Positions 10,901 through 21,664 of a stretch of 64,000 nt of DNA are shown piece by piece; position 1 is the stretch's first letter; each line of letters begins with the position of its first letter. Position numbers and translations under genes: made by a program. The notes below the pieces were generated by a model. It was not told the DNA's origin. It was given only the letters and a program-made list of their open reading frames with translations, and ran no database searches. Source of the stretch: an uncultured Patescibacteria group bacterium (GTDB lineage: Bacteria; Patescibacteriota; Minisyncoccia; Phycocordibacterales; UBA12088); NCBI GenBank assembly GCA_947259245.1, contig CAMYLP010000003.1:27118-91117 (forward strand), given 5' to 3'.

Positions 10901-11170
10901 CGTGGAGTTAAGAGCACGCCCAGTGGTGTTGAACAAGTGGTCGCCGGCATCCTGAGTGAGGTAAAACCCTTCACTACGAAAAAGGGTGATAAAATGGCAT
11001 TTCTGAAACTCTCAGATTACGATGACACGTTGGAAGCCGTTGCGTTCCCACGAACGTACACACAGTACCGTGACTTTCTAAAGAAGGACGGATGTGTCGC
11101 GTTCAGCGGTCGTGTTTCCGAGCGCAACGGTGAAACAAATTTTGTTGTAGAGAAAGTAAGGGCGCTGTAA
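7997..11170 (+). CDS. dnaE: DNA polymerase III alpha subunit (1057 aa)
   Basis: PHP domain N-terminus (HLHTHSHYSLLGAV), polymerase core (GVHAAGVVIAP, FDFLGIKNLS), OB fold C-terminus. Confidence 0.95.
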   Translation: MSTFTHLHTHSHYSLLGAVPKIPPLVARAKEYGFTSLALTDNGALYGAVEFYKACRKENIKPIIGVDAYLAPRSRIDMERGIDDKRTRLVLLAENNTGYVNLIRLVTASYMEGFFDKPRMDREVLEKWHEGVIAILPSFSGEHISALRGSDMAKAVAIVRWYQDTFGKDNVFLELSHHSEIEGHEYLQEQIQQLSSESGSELVAAHNTYYLHPEDRLARETMLKISTTGSLEGEDYYEDEDLSFITPETAEKLFANEPEALRNTAALAERCNVQIELGHWYFPDFKIESGRTADEELQHLAQRGLAWRGMAYEGTVKKRLDYELDIIRSKGYAGYFLAVGDLLREARERGILTTIRGSVAGSLTTYVLGITNVDPLKLNLPFERFLNPHRPSAPDIDMDYADNRRDEMIEYAKDKYGHDNVAQIGTFGTMMARAVVRDVARALGYAYGVGDKIAKVIPFGSQGFPMTIDHALESEKEFAALYKKDKDVQRIIDLAKKIEGCARHVGVHAAGVVIAPSPLDNYVPVQPDPKGGGKLITQYDMHSVGEDGVGLLKFDFLGIKNLSILADAIERVKDRHGVEVDIENIPLDDARTYDMLAQGETGGVFQLNGAAMTRYLKELRPTRIEDINAMIALYRPGPMKNIPEYIARKQGRKPVRYFHPRVASFLEPSYGILVYQDDLLFTALELAGYNWETVDKFRKAVGKKIPAEMAKQHVKFVEGCMEHSDMSRRDAEGVWELFEPFQGYGFNKAHAASYGKVAYQTAYMKANYPVEYMAAILTADSGDIDKVAEAVVECERMNIRVLKPDVNQSFDTFTCVQKDGKDAIRFGLSSIKNFGEGIAHTIIQEREQHGPYNTIDDLLMRIQSRNLNKKSLESLIKCGALDSFKVKRGRLLKYIDELLAFNKEQHQEVAQASLFTGDVGGNVLSIPEAPEASLQDMLSWEKELLGLYVSGHPLDVHRDRLERLGQTIRGVKSTPSGVEQVVAGILSEVKPFTTKKGDKMAFLKLSDYDDTLEAVAFPRTYTQYRDFLKKDGCVAFSGRVSERNGETNFVVEKVRAL

Positions 11171-11178
11171 ACCAACAC

Positions 11179-11775
11179 CTACTGAACGGTGATCAGTTTC
11201 TCACCGTACCCGTACTCGGGGTACTCGAGTACAAAGCGGTAGGTTCCTGGACGCAATGAATAGTTGGACTGGAGATGTTCTATCTCGAACATGCGGGTTG
11301 CGCCGGCTGCAAGTGTGTACTGCACACGCTCATCTGTTTGGCAGCGTTGTTCATCGGCACTACTGTAAACAAGAGCACTGTCAGCCGCATAGATACGATA
11401 AATGATCTGGCACCGCCGTTTTGCCTCCATCATCATGGTCGTATTTGTCTCATTCGTTACCAAAAGCAGGAGACCTTTAATGTCCTCTGATGGAGCGTAT
11501 GTCAGGTCTGCGTACTCAATGAGCTGTGAAACTTTTACGCGCACATTGTTTCCTGATGTTTTCTTCGCCTCTTCAATGCGCTCTATTGCACCTGTTAACT
11601 CGCGAGCACGCTCAACCGCGTACTCTGGTACAATTCCGCGTTCGATCAGAAGATCCACAAAACCCGAAACAGTACTGGAAGAGTGTGTTGTGGAGGATTG
11701 AGCAGCCCATGCCACCGTACAACCCGAAACGAACACAAGCGCTCCAACAAGTAAGTATAGTTTTCTCATACTCAT
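11179..11775 (-). CDS. hypothetical lipoprotein
   Basis: Signal peptide with lipobox-like LVFVSGC; no recognisable domain. Confidence 0.5.
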   Translation of the reverse strand: MSMRKLYLLVGALVFVSGCTVAWAAQSSTTHSSSTVSGFVDLLIERGIVPEYAVERARELTGAIERIEEAKKTSGNNVRVKVSQLIEYADLTYAPSEDIKGLLLLVTNETNTTMMMEAKRRCQIIYRIYAADSALVYSSADEQRCQTDERVQYTLAAGATRMFEIEHLQSNYSLRPGTYRFVLEYPEYGYGEKLITVQ

Positions 11776-11873
11776 ATACTGTACTCTACGAGCAATTAGC
11801 ACAAGTATTGCACGATCTATGTTTATGGGTGTATAGTAGCGCGGGATGTCAACAGCTCATAAAGGAGGGGACC

Positions 11874-12263
11874 ATGCGTCTGAACTGGAGTTCACGACGA
11901 GTGCTCACAGCGTACCTAACGTTGTTTGATGTAACCATCGATCCGATGAAAGATTTCTATTCCGCGATTACTATGCTCATAGAGACGTATCCGGATGAGA
12001 AGCCGCACATCGATGTATTGCTCGAACTACTCATATGCGAAGACGAAAATTGCGAGGGGTGCATAAGTACCCGACGCAGTAGGTTACGTGAAATTACGCC
12101 GGTGCAAATGTTTTTAGCGGGTGCGTGCGAACGTCGCTACAGACATAGGGGTGGCAGCTCGGAGAAGTTGTACGTACAAGAGTGCCTAGAAAAAATTTAC
12201 CGTGTTTTCGATTCCATGGACGAGTTTGATGACACTGATCACGTGGTCTGTAATGACACCTGA
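11874..12263 (+). CDS. hypothetical small Cys-rich protein (~129 aa)
   Basis: ATG 11874 preceded by AAAGGAGGGG SD (11861-11870); CEDENCEGC cluster; upstream part of the 245-aa ORF is antisense to the lipoprotein gene and rejected. Confidence 0.45.
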   Translation: MRLNWSSRRVLTAYLTLFDVTIDPMKDFYSAITMLIETYPDEKPHIDVLLELLICEDENCEGCISTRRSRLREITPVQMFLAGACERRYRHRGGSSEKLYVQECLEKIYRVFDSMDEFDDTDHVVCNDT

Positions 12264-12272
12264 CCATGTTCC

Positions 12273-14123
12273 ATGTCTGACCGCACCTGCACGTGCGGTC
12301 AGTTTACTTTACATATGTCTAAATACGACCTACTATGTGTGTTTGTAGATACACAGCAGTACATGGAGCACGGACAGCTTGAAAAAATACGACACACACT
12401 AGCGCACCTCTTGGCTGCCGCAGTACTTGAACTCTACCCACATGCAAAGTGTGCGATCGGGCCTGCAATCGATGATGGCTTCTACTATGACTTTGACTTT
12501 TCGGGAGGGAGTAATCCGGGCGAACAGGACCTTGTACAAATTGAGCAAAAGATGCGCGAATTGCTTAAGAAGTGGGATGCCATTGTCGGTGAGAGTATTA
12601 GTAAGGAGACGGCACACGATGCGTTTAAGAATAATCCTTACAAGAATGAGCTCATAGATGACATCGTTGCACGTAATGAGGAGCTCACGCTGTACCACTC
12701 GATCGCCGGAGATAAACAAGTTTTCACAGACCTCTGCAGAGGCGGTCACTGTGAACATCCGAACAAAGATGTTGTAGCGGGTGCGTTCAAGCTTGACCGT
12801 ATTGCGGGTGCATACTGGCGTGGCAGCGAGAAAAACGAAATGTTAACTCGTATCTACGGCCTTGCATTTCCAGATAAGGAAACGTTGGATGCGTACATAC
12901 ATGCGCGAGAGGAGGCACGCAAACGGGACCACAAGAAGCTTGGACGAGAGCTTGACCTATTCTATATTGACGAGGACGTTGGAAAAGGTCTTCCTATGTG
13001 GACACCCAAGGGTACGCAAGTTAAGTTCGCTCTTGAAGAGTTCACGCGAGAGCTAGAACGGTCGTACGGGTATGAGCACGTGTGCACTCCCTACCTTGCC
13101 TCAAAGAAGCTGTACGAGATGTCAGGACACCTAGACCACTACAGCGATACAATGTATGCACCGATCGCGATGGACGATGACGTCATGTACCTGAGACCCA
13201 TGGCTTGTCCGCACCACATCAAACTCCTTCAGCGCAAACCCATCAGCTACCGCGAGCTTCCCATTCGTTACGCAGAAATTGCTGACTATAATCGGTACGA
13301 GAAATCAGGCGAGCTTATGGGTATGATACGAGTCCGGAAGTTTCAGCTTACTGATGCCCACGTCTTTGTGTCACCCGAGGGTTTGAAGGAAGAGTTCATA
13401 CACGTCTGTCAAATGATACAGGAGGGTATGAACGGACTTGGTATTAACGATATTGTTACATACCGCTTTTCCAAGCGTGATCCGCACAATACTGAAAAAT
13501 ACTATCCGGACGATGCACTCTGGACACGTGCCGAGGGTGTCATGAAGGAGGCATTGGACGAGCTTGGGCTCAGCTATGTTGAGGTAGAGGATGAGGCCGC
13601 CTTTTACGGTCCAAAGCTTGATGTACAGGCGAGGAACGTAAATGGTAAGGAGGACACGCTTTTCACTGCACAAATGGACTTTCTCTTACCAGAGAAGTTT
13701 GGTTTAGAGTACGTTGCTGAAGATGGCACGAAACAACGTCCAGTCATGATACATCGGTCTGCTATTGGTTCACTTGAACGTACGTTTGCCTTTCTCATTG
13801 AACATTATGCCGGCGCATTTCCTTTTTGGCTTGCACCTGTTCAGGTACGGGTCTTACCCGTTGGTGAGGCGCACAGTGAGTATGCAAGAGGAGTACACGA
13901 TGCGCTCCGCAAGTCGGGCATTCGTTCAGAACTTGATGAGTCCGCTGAATCACTTGGAAAGCGCATACGCTCGTGCAAAGTCGAGAAGCTGCCGTACTTC
14001 ATCGTTCTAGGCGACAAGGAGGTGGAAGCGAAGCAGGTGACCCTTGAAGGCAAGACAAAGGAGGTACATACGCTCGACTCACTTGTGTCGCTGCTAACTA
14101 TCAAAAAAAACACACGGACGTGA
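12273..14123 (+). CDS. thrS: threonyl-tRNA synthetase (TGS N1 region short/absent; N2 editing, catalytic and anticodon domains present)
   Basis: RHTLAHLLAAAV (editing HxxxH), DLCRGGHCEH, class II motifs (RDHKKLGREL, FQLTDAHVF), alternative starts at 12315/12363. Confidence 0.9.
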   Translation: MSDRTCTCGQFTLHMSKYDLLCVFVDTQQYMEHGQLEKIRHTLAHLLAAAVLELYPHAKCAIGPAIDDGFYYDFDFSGGSNPGEQDLVQIEQKMRELLKKWDAIVGESISKETAHDAFKNNPYKNELIDDIVARNEELTLYHSIAGDKQVFTDLCRGGHCEHPNKDVVAGAFKLDRIAGAYWRGSEKNEMLTRIYGLAFPDKETLDAYIHAREEARKRDHKKLGRELDLFYIDEDVGKGLPMWTPKGTQVKFALEEFTRELERSYGYEHVCTPYLASKKLYEMSGHLDHYSDTMYAPIAMDDDVMYLRPMACPHHIKLLQRKPISYRELPIRYAEIADYNRYEKSGELMGMIRVRKFQLTDAHVFVSPEGLKEEFIHVCQMIQEGMNGLGINDIVTYRFSKRDPHNTEKYYPDDALWTRAEGVMKEALDELGLSYVEVEDEAAFYGPKLDVQARNVNGKEDTLFTAQMDFLLPEKFGLEYVAEDGTKQRPVMIHRSAIGSLERTFAFLIEHYAGAFPFWLAPVQVRVLPVGEAHSEYARGVHDALRKSGIRSELDESAESLGKRIRSCKVEKLPYFIVLGDKEVEAKQVTLEGKTKEVHTLDSLVSLLTIKKNTRT

Positions 14124-14138
14124 GCCCGTGTGTTTTTC
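14103..14138. terminator. bidirectional rho-independent terminator between convergent thrS and 610-aa gene
   Basis: A8-CACACGG-acgtgagc-CCGTGTG-T5 hairpin at 14103-14137. Confidence 0.6.
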
Positions 14139-14148
14139 TGACGCGACG

Positions 14149-15981
14149 TTACTTGATACCCTGGAAAAGTTCGAATACTTTTGCGAGTGCTACTTTCGTG
14201 CCAATTCGAGCATTTGAATAGCTGTAGTCAACACATTCAACCAGAGTGCCGAGTACTTTTTCAAAGTCTGCAGCGCTCCAGGACGCGGTCAACTGTGCGA
14301 GTTGTGCATCTGGCTTGCGGTTGCCCTCAAGTCGATGCTTGTACACTTCGTCTAGGTCGCGAATAACACGGCCGATAAAATCTGCACTGTCTATTCCCTT
14401 TGTACCAAGCGTACGCAATAGTTCAAAGGCCTTTTGCTGTTGCTTTTCTACCAAGTACCCCACAAAGAGTGGTATGACTCGCATGTCATTGTCAGGTGCT
14501 GCCTCTACATTGTCAGTAACGGGTGAACCAGCATTTTGTGTTGCTTGTGCACGTTCCACGCGTTGGTGCGGTACATGTGCTCTTGGTGCTGACTGTGTCG
14601 GTACTGATCGTTGCGGCGCTGTAGCTCGAGACGTAACGGCAGGTGTTGTCGTGTCCACGGTCACATCTTGACCGCTTTGCGATGCTGAGCTCATGAGCTT
14701 TTGGCATCGTTCCTTCGACAGTAGAATCCACCCGTCTTCTCTTGGGTACATGGCTTTTGCCTGCCCGAATAGTCCATCAAGCACCTCCGTGCTGTGTTCG
14801 TTATCTTTGTTCACGAGTTCAGCTATCATACGGCCTGCTTCAGGTGACAACAGAATGTTGTCACGATGTGCGCGATCCTCGATCTGTGTGTACGAGTCAC
14901 CACCGTGCATATTGCTCATGCTAACGGGTGACGGAACAGCCGTGAGTTGGGACCGTTCGGTCGTGTGTGTATCCAAGAGTGTATGTACTGCTGCGTGCGA
15001 GTACGGACTCTTTTTTTCAGTGAGGTCGGCACGATACGTTTGAAAACGTTCAAGTGGTCGTACTACGGTTAGGGCGTATGCGATCAAGGCACTCAGTAGC
15101 AGAACTCCCATCCAGAATACAGCAGTCATTATTGGCCCTGCCTCAAAGCCAGTGTATGGTACCTGATCAAGTGTGATGAAGCTACCTGCACGTGTTACTG
15201 TGCTGTTAAGAAGAATGTTCGGCTCAGGCTCCTCCTCATCGTCGTCATTCACCACGGTACCACCACCACCATTGTCATCTTCATCGTCATCACCATTGCA
15301 GTTTATACAGCTTCCGCCACCGCCACCTCCGCCGCCACCTCCGCCGCCTGTGCTGATGGAAACTGAAGCACTACAGCTTGTGCTATCGCCATCGTCATTT
15401 GAGAATGAAGCTGTGTACGTGATATTTTCGCTTATCGTCACAATCTCACTTCCACTCGTCGCAACTGGTCCAAATCCCGGATCAAGTGTTCCAGTACTAG
15501 CATTATCACTAGACCATGTAATGGTCACCATGTCGCCACTGTTCACTGTAGATGCGCTTACGCTAATGTCACATGATAACTGGTCAACCGGTGGCTCAGT
15601 TTCCTTAGTCAATGCGACACAGACCGGCTGAACGCTGTTTGCAGAACTGAGGTCCGGGTAAGCTGCGTGATCTGCACGTACAGCATCAGCATCACTTGTA
15701 AGGACAAATGCGCTTTCAAGTGTTTCGTTGATCTGAGAAGAAACGACGTTGTCTTCAAGATCAGTTGTCGCTGCTGTGGCACCAAGCGTGGTGTCACCAG
15801 AAAGGAATGTCACGAACCAACTTTCATTTGGTTGTGAGTGGTCGACACGCGTTTCGTAGCCATCCCATGAAGCTGATTCCACAGTGTAGGTTCCAGCAGG
15901 AAGAGGTGCGCTGTACACATCACTCTGCGCATCGTCGAGAGCCCCATTGCTCATCAAGCGCTCGTGGTCACCAAAGTACAC
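14149..15981 (-). CDS. hypothetical membrane protein: ~315-aa ectodomain, poly-Gly/acidic linker, sorting-signal-like VPYTG + TM + R, ~330-aa cytoplasmic domain
   Basis: GTG start in ORF track; no own signal peptide; single TM IMTAVFWMGVLLLSALIAYALTVV; last gene of the sortase operon. Confidence 0.55.
   Translation of the reverse strand: MYFGDHERLMSNGALDDAQSDVYSAPLPAGTYTVESASWDGYETRVDHSQPNESWFVTFLSGDTTLGATAATTDLEDNVVSSQINETLESAFVLTSDADAVRADHAAYPDLSSANSVQPVCVALTKETEPPVDQLSCDISVSASTVNSGDMVTITWSSDNASTGTLDPGFGPVATSGSEIVTISENITYTASFSNDDGDSTSCSASVSISTGGGGGGGGGGGGSCINCNGDDDEDDNGGGGTVVNDDDEEEPEPNILLNSTVTRAGSFITLDQVPYTGFEAGPIMTAVFWMGVLLLSALIAYALTVVRPLERFQTYRADLTEKKSPYSHAAVHTLLDTHTTERSQLTAVPSPVSMSNMHGGDSYTQIEDRAHRDNILLSPEAGRMIAELVNKDNEHSTEVLDGLFGQAKAMYPREDGWILLSKERCQKLMSSASQSGQDVTVDTTTPAVTSRATAPQRSVPTQSAPRAHVPHQRVERAQATQNAGSPVTDNVEAAPDNDMRVIPLFVGYLVEKQQQKAFELLRTLGTKGIDSADFIGRVIRDLDEVYKHRLEGNRKPDAQLAQLTASWSAADFEKVLGTLVECVDYSYSNARIGTKVALAKVFELFQGIK
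15314..15350. repeat. GGN/GCC codon repeat encoding 12-Gly tract
   Basis: tccgccaccgccacctccgccgccacctccgccgcc on + strand (poly-Gly on minus). Confidence 0.8.
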
Positions 15982-15997
15982 GACCTCGGTGTTTGCG

Positions 15998-16657
15998 TCA
16001 GGAGTGAACGGACATACAGGACCTTCCGGTTCGGTCTGACACGCACGTACGCTCTACAGTAGTGGAACATTGCCCTCCTTTACCTGAAACACTGGAAAGC
16101 TGTTTGTTGAATTCTACTGTCTCAACATCACTCCACGATTCTTCGACTTTACCACTGGATGTACCATCACAGAAATATGCAGTGTAGTGTGATAGCGCAG
16201 GAGGACCAGCCCATGTGAAGCTTGTCTCATGTATCGATAGGTCTACAGACTCACATGTATTGGTCGGTGCTGTGGCTGGCTCTACATGTACGGCACATGA
16301 CATTGTATCGTCAGTGTAGTCAACGTGTGTGTGCGCTACGAATGTCGTCGGCTCGTGAATGACTGTTTGTACCGAACCTGTACGACCAAATACCTGTCCT
16401 TCCAGCTGTTCTATGGTGAGTGAATCAGTATCTGCTGCAGCGTTCCATGACAGAGTTACGATAGTGCCTTCTGCGGAGTATTCAGTCACCGCCTCAATAG
16501 TACATTCCCATGCCAATGCTGACTCCGTCGCAAAACGTACAGGTGCCGCCTCAAGCATGAATAGTGCCATGATGACGAATGCACTCAGCACACCGCTTTT
16601 CAATAGCGTAGTTGCATGTGATCGTGCGATTTTTGTAATATGTGTAATGGTGTTCAT
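15998..16657 (-). CDS. hypothetical secreted protein (signal peptide, Cys-containing beta-rich domain)
   Basis: N-terminal signal/TM LLKSGVLSAFVIMALFMLEAAPV; 3' end overlaps the next ORF by 59 nt in another frame. Confidence 0.5.
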   Translation of the reverse strand: MNTITHITKIARSHATTLLKSGVLSAFVIMALFMLEAAPVRFATESALAWECTIEAVTEYSAEGTIVTLSWNAAADTDSLTIEQLEGQVFGRTGSVQTVIHEPTTFVAHTHVDYTDDTMSCAVHVEPATAPTNTCESVDLSIHETSFTWAGPPALSHYTAYFCDGTSSGKVEESWSDVETVEFNKQLSSVSGKGGQCSTTVERTCVSDRTGRSCMSVHS

Positions 16658-16690
16658 ACCGTTGTATGAGTTTCTAATAAGGGCATCGTA

Positions 16691-17359
16691 CTACTGTACG
16701 TACTGCTTTTTGTCTGTTAATGATGCGGTGACTACCCACCGCTCCTGCTTGGCGCCAAACGTGTTGCACGTGGCCAAAGTCAGTGTGGGCGTATCCGCCT
16801 CGAAGTAAATAACTGCGTCATCCGCATTAGCTAGGTATACATCGCGGACTGTGTATTCATACGTGTGCGTATCAGAGTACACAGTGACAACGTCACCATC
16901 ATGCAGTTCTCCCAACTCATTGAACGCTTTGTACGCTTCATTTCGAACCACTGGCAAGTAGCTGCTATGTCCAAAAATGAGCATGTTCGCGCTCTCACCG
17001 GCTAGGCCGGAACCAGGGTACAGCACGGCTCCAGACAATAATGCGCGATCGAGCACCTCTACATCTGTGCTCGTGGGTGACAAAACTGTGGTGTCCACGT
17101 CGATGTCATCGATAACAATGCGTACAGGTGTCGTCAACTCGTACGGCACGTCTACTGCTTCCGTTGTGTTGCCAGAAGCAGGTGTTGCGTACAGTACATC
17201 TGTTGATGTGCTGGTTGACTCGTTGGTCACGGGGACTGGAACGAAATCGATAAGTATTAGCAAGAACGTAAGCACTGCAAATACACCAAACGTTTGCAGT
17301 ACGACGTGCGCACTGTTCGATAGCGTATCTCCTATGCTCCTGTTCTCCTTGTTACTCAT
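16691..17359 (-). CDS. sortase family transpeptidase
   Basis: N-terminal TM, LIFGHSS (His) and TLATCNTFG (TLxTC catalytic Cys) motifs. Confidence 0.85.
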   Translation of the reverse strand: MSNKENRSIGDTLSNSAHVVLQTFGVFAVLTFLLILIDFVPVPVTNESTSTSTDVLYATPASGNTTEAVDVPYELTTPVRIVIDDIDVDTTVLSPTSTDVEVLDRALLSGAVLYPGSGLAGESANMLIFGHSSYLPVVRNEAYKAFNELGELHDGDVVTVYSDTHTYEYTVRDVYLANADDAVIYFEADTPTLTLATCNTFGAKQERWVVTASLTDKKQYVQ

Positions 17360-17421
17360 ATGTTGTTCGTGTGCCGATGGACACACAAGAGCATATAACT
17401 AAATATATTATAGCAGCTATA

Positions 17422-18198
17422 TTATATGCTGTCAATGGTTGCTCCGCGTCCTTCTATAATGAGCGAGGCAAACGCGCGTGCAACTTGTCCGAAGGAGACA
17501 GTGTCAGTGTCGTCTTTCTCTTCATAGTGCACCGTAATAGACTTGGTAGCACAAGTAGGACTTTGTACAGTGATGTGCTGTTTACGTTGAAGTCGCACCA
17601 CCACTACACCCTCAGTTCCCTCCTCATGAATACGAATAGCTCGACGTGCTTTCTTGGCGTTACTCAGACCACTGTCGTTTCCGTGTGTCACAGCCACCGG
17701 AGCAAGACGTAGCGCATACATTGGTGCCCGAACAGCTAAACTGTTACGGTCGTACGAATTTTGTAAGTACGACGTGATGTTTGTACATACAGAACCCAAA
17801 CGTACAAGAATATTTTCGCTTACGCTATCGAGTATGACAAACATTTTCATACTTACTTCGAAAGTTCGTGTGGCTATACTATGTAGTCTCGCGACAATGC
17901 CTGAAAGCCACGTTTGAATGTCTTCGCTAGTTACTGTCGGCACCAAGTGCTTGTTAGGATGCGTGGGGAATATCCTCGCAGCCACAATGTCAGCATCATG
18001 TGTTTTGTACGTATCATGATCCAGATTCAATATTGAGTGTATCTCCGTATGTACGGGCGGTTCGTCCGCATAACATGTTGGCGATGATGCGCGCCGAACA
18101 TCCTCACTCTCAGTAAGGATATCAATAAGAAATTGTGTTTCGTCGAGACACAGCGTATGTGGCACGATCGAGTCTAGTTCTACAGTATTGTATTCCAT
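17422..18198 (-). CDS. hypothetical cytoplasmic protein (258 aa), first gene of sortase operon
   Basis: No TM or signal peptide, no recognised motif; preceded by consensus promoter. Confidence 0.45.
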   Translation of the reverse strand: MEYNTVELDSIVPHTLCLDETQFLIDILTESEDVRRASSPTCYADEPPVHTEIHSILNLDHDTYKTHDADIVAARIFPTHPNKHLVPTVTSEDIQTWLSGIVARLHSIATRTFEVSMKMFVILDSVSENILVRLGSVCTNITSYLQNSYDRNSLAVRAPMYALRLAPVAVTHGNDSGLSNAKKARRAIRIHEEGTEGVVVVRLQRKQHITVQSPTCATKSITVHYEEKDDTDTVSFGQVARAFASLIIEGRGATIDSI

Positions 18199-18220
18199 GC
18201 AACGTAATTTGTGTGTCTTT

Positions 18221-18274
18221 GTATACCAGCTTTATCTAGCTCTGTCAAGTTTTTCTATACAATAAAACTTGACA
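18221..18274. promoter_or_regulatory. divergent promoters sharing a 32-bp perfect palindrome (TGTCAAGTTTT-N10-AAAACTTGACA) whose arms carry both -35 hexamers
   Basis: Minus: TTGACA(rc 18243-48)-17-TATACA(rc 18221-26); plus: TTGACA(18269-74)-17-TATAGA(18292-97). Confidence 0.5.
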
Positions 18275-18347
18275 CTACACTAGCTATATGATATAGATAT
18301 CGCATACTCATTATTATCACAGGCATCACACGCCTGTCGGACAAAGT

Positions 18348-19418
18348 ATGAATGATAAGCAAAAAAAACGAAGTGAGAGCATAGCTGCAGGCGTCATGCG
18401 TGTTTTCGCTGTTATTGGACTTATTTCAATATTGGCACTAGCCGCGTGGATCGTTGTACAAGGTGCACGCTTCGCTCCAGAGGTTGGTGAGAAGCTGGGA
18501 GCTGCAGTTACCACAGTCACGTCTGTATTCAGCCGCACGCCAGGTGCCTCACTTACCTTCGACGTAGCACAACGCACTGTTAGTTCTGGTGACGTTGTAA
18601 CAGTCGGATACGAGTATCGTGGTGACGTCATACCATTGTCGTACGATTTTTCTTATGCGTGCGATACATCAGTCATACTCAGTATGAAGTCCGGAGACGA
18701 GTGGTCTTCCCTGCCCTGTGCTACAGGTGTTGCGGTTAGTGGGGATCAAGTACAGTTTATTCCGGTTAGCGACGACAAACGTCTTACGAGTCTGGCCATC
18801 ACGATCTCGGGTGGTGACATCACCGACACGACGATACTGACCGTAGTCAATACAAATGTTGCCAGTACCACGGAAGACGGTGACATCGTCCTGGATGAGA
18901 CCGCTCTGGATGATGCGTCTGCGCAGGACTCAGGCTCACCAGACAATGTAGACAACGATATGGTCTCGTCTGACATTGCGTCCACTGAATCTACTGCTAC
19001 CCGACAGTCGACGTACGTCGTGTCAACACCTGTGGATCGCACACCCGCAGACCTCATGGTGACAATCAAACAAACAGGAGTTCTGGTACCAGTTGCAGGT
19101 GATAACACGTTCTTCGAACTTTCACCTATACCATCTGACAGAACCGCCGCTGTCCGCTTTACGGTGACCAATGAAGGCGGTCAACACTCGGGTGCATGGG
19201 CCTTTGTTGCCAACCTGCCCGTACGTGGTGACGAGGAGTATCGGTATGTTTCTCCTGCACAGGCATCTCTCGCACCGAACATGGAGGTTGAATTTACACT
19301 GGGATTTGACGAAGTGTTAGACGCTTCGGTGGGTACGGTTCGCATCGAAATATTTCCGACAAACACAGTGGATCCGGTCGGTAATAACCTAGACATGGTC
19401 AACATCACTATTGACTAA
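18348..19418 (+). CDS. hypothetical membrane-anchored extracellular protein (356 aa)
   Basis: N-terminal TM VFAVIGLISILALAAWIVV; Thr/Ser/Asp/Val-rich beta-rich ectodomain. Confidence 0.5.
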   Translation: MNDKQKKRSESIAAGVMRVFAVIGLISILALAAWIVVQGARFAPEVGEKLGAAVTTVTSVFSRTPGASLTFDVAQRTVSSGDVVTVGYEYRGDVIPLSYDFSYACDTSVILSMKSGDEWSSLPCATGVAVSGDQVQFIPVSDDKRLTSLAITISGGDITDTTILTVVNTNVASTTEDGDIVLDETALDDASAQDSGSPDNVDNDMVSSDIASTESTATRQSTYVVSTPVDRTPADLMVTIKQTGVLVPVAGDNTFFELSPIPSDRTAAVRFTVTNEGGQHSGAWAFVANLPVRGDEEYRYVSPAQASLAPNMEVEFTLGFDEVLDASVGTVRIEIFPTNTVDPVGNNLDMVNITID

Positions 19419-19433
19419 GCAAACCACATGCAT

Positions 19434-19459
19434 AAACGCCCCTCCAAGGGGGCGTTTTG
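19434..19459. terminator. bidirectional terminator between 18348-19418 gene and gyrB
   Basis: AAACGCCCC-tccaa-GGGGGCGTTTT hairpin. Confidence 0.6.
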
Positions 19460-21550
<2,091 letters not shown>

Positions 21551-21564
21551 CTAGACGTAGCCGT

Positions 21565-21573
21565 ATTATACCA
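21565..21573 (-). promoter_or_regulatory. candidate extended -10 (TGgTATAAT) for gyrB
   Basis: rc of ccatattat region 21565-21573, ~32 nt upstream of gyrB ATG. Confidence 0.35.
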
Positions 21574-21606
21574 TATATGGACCATATATACAGGTGCTAT
21601 AAAACG

Positions 21607-21635
21607 TTGACATGCATGTCTGTATGTTGTATAAA
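21607..21635 (+). promoter_or_regulatory. candidate sigma70 promoter TTGACA-17-TATAAA for NUDIX gene
   Basis: TTGACA 21607-12, TATAAA 21630-35; AGGAG SD 9 nt before ATG 21665. Confidence 0.4.
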
Positions 21636-21664
21636 CAGTATAGTTAGTACACAGGAGCAACGGT

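Noticed and set aside
11526-11873. N-terminal 116 aa of the 245-aa ORF
   Set aside because: It is antisense to the lipoprotein gene. A strong SD precedes the internal ATG at 11874.
14246-14671. 141-aa ORF on + strand with Cys/Ser-rich sequence
   Set aside because: It is antisense to the 610-aa membrane protein gene and has no SD or promoter.
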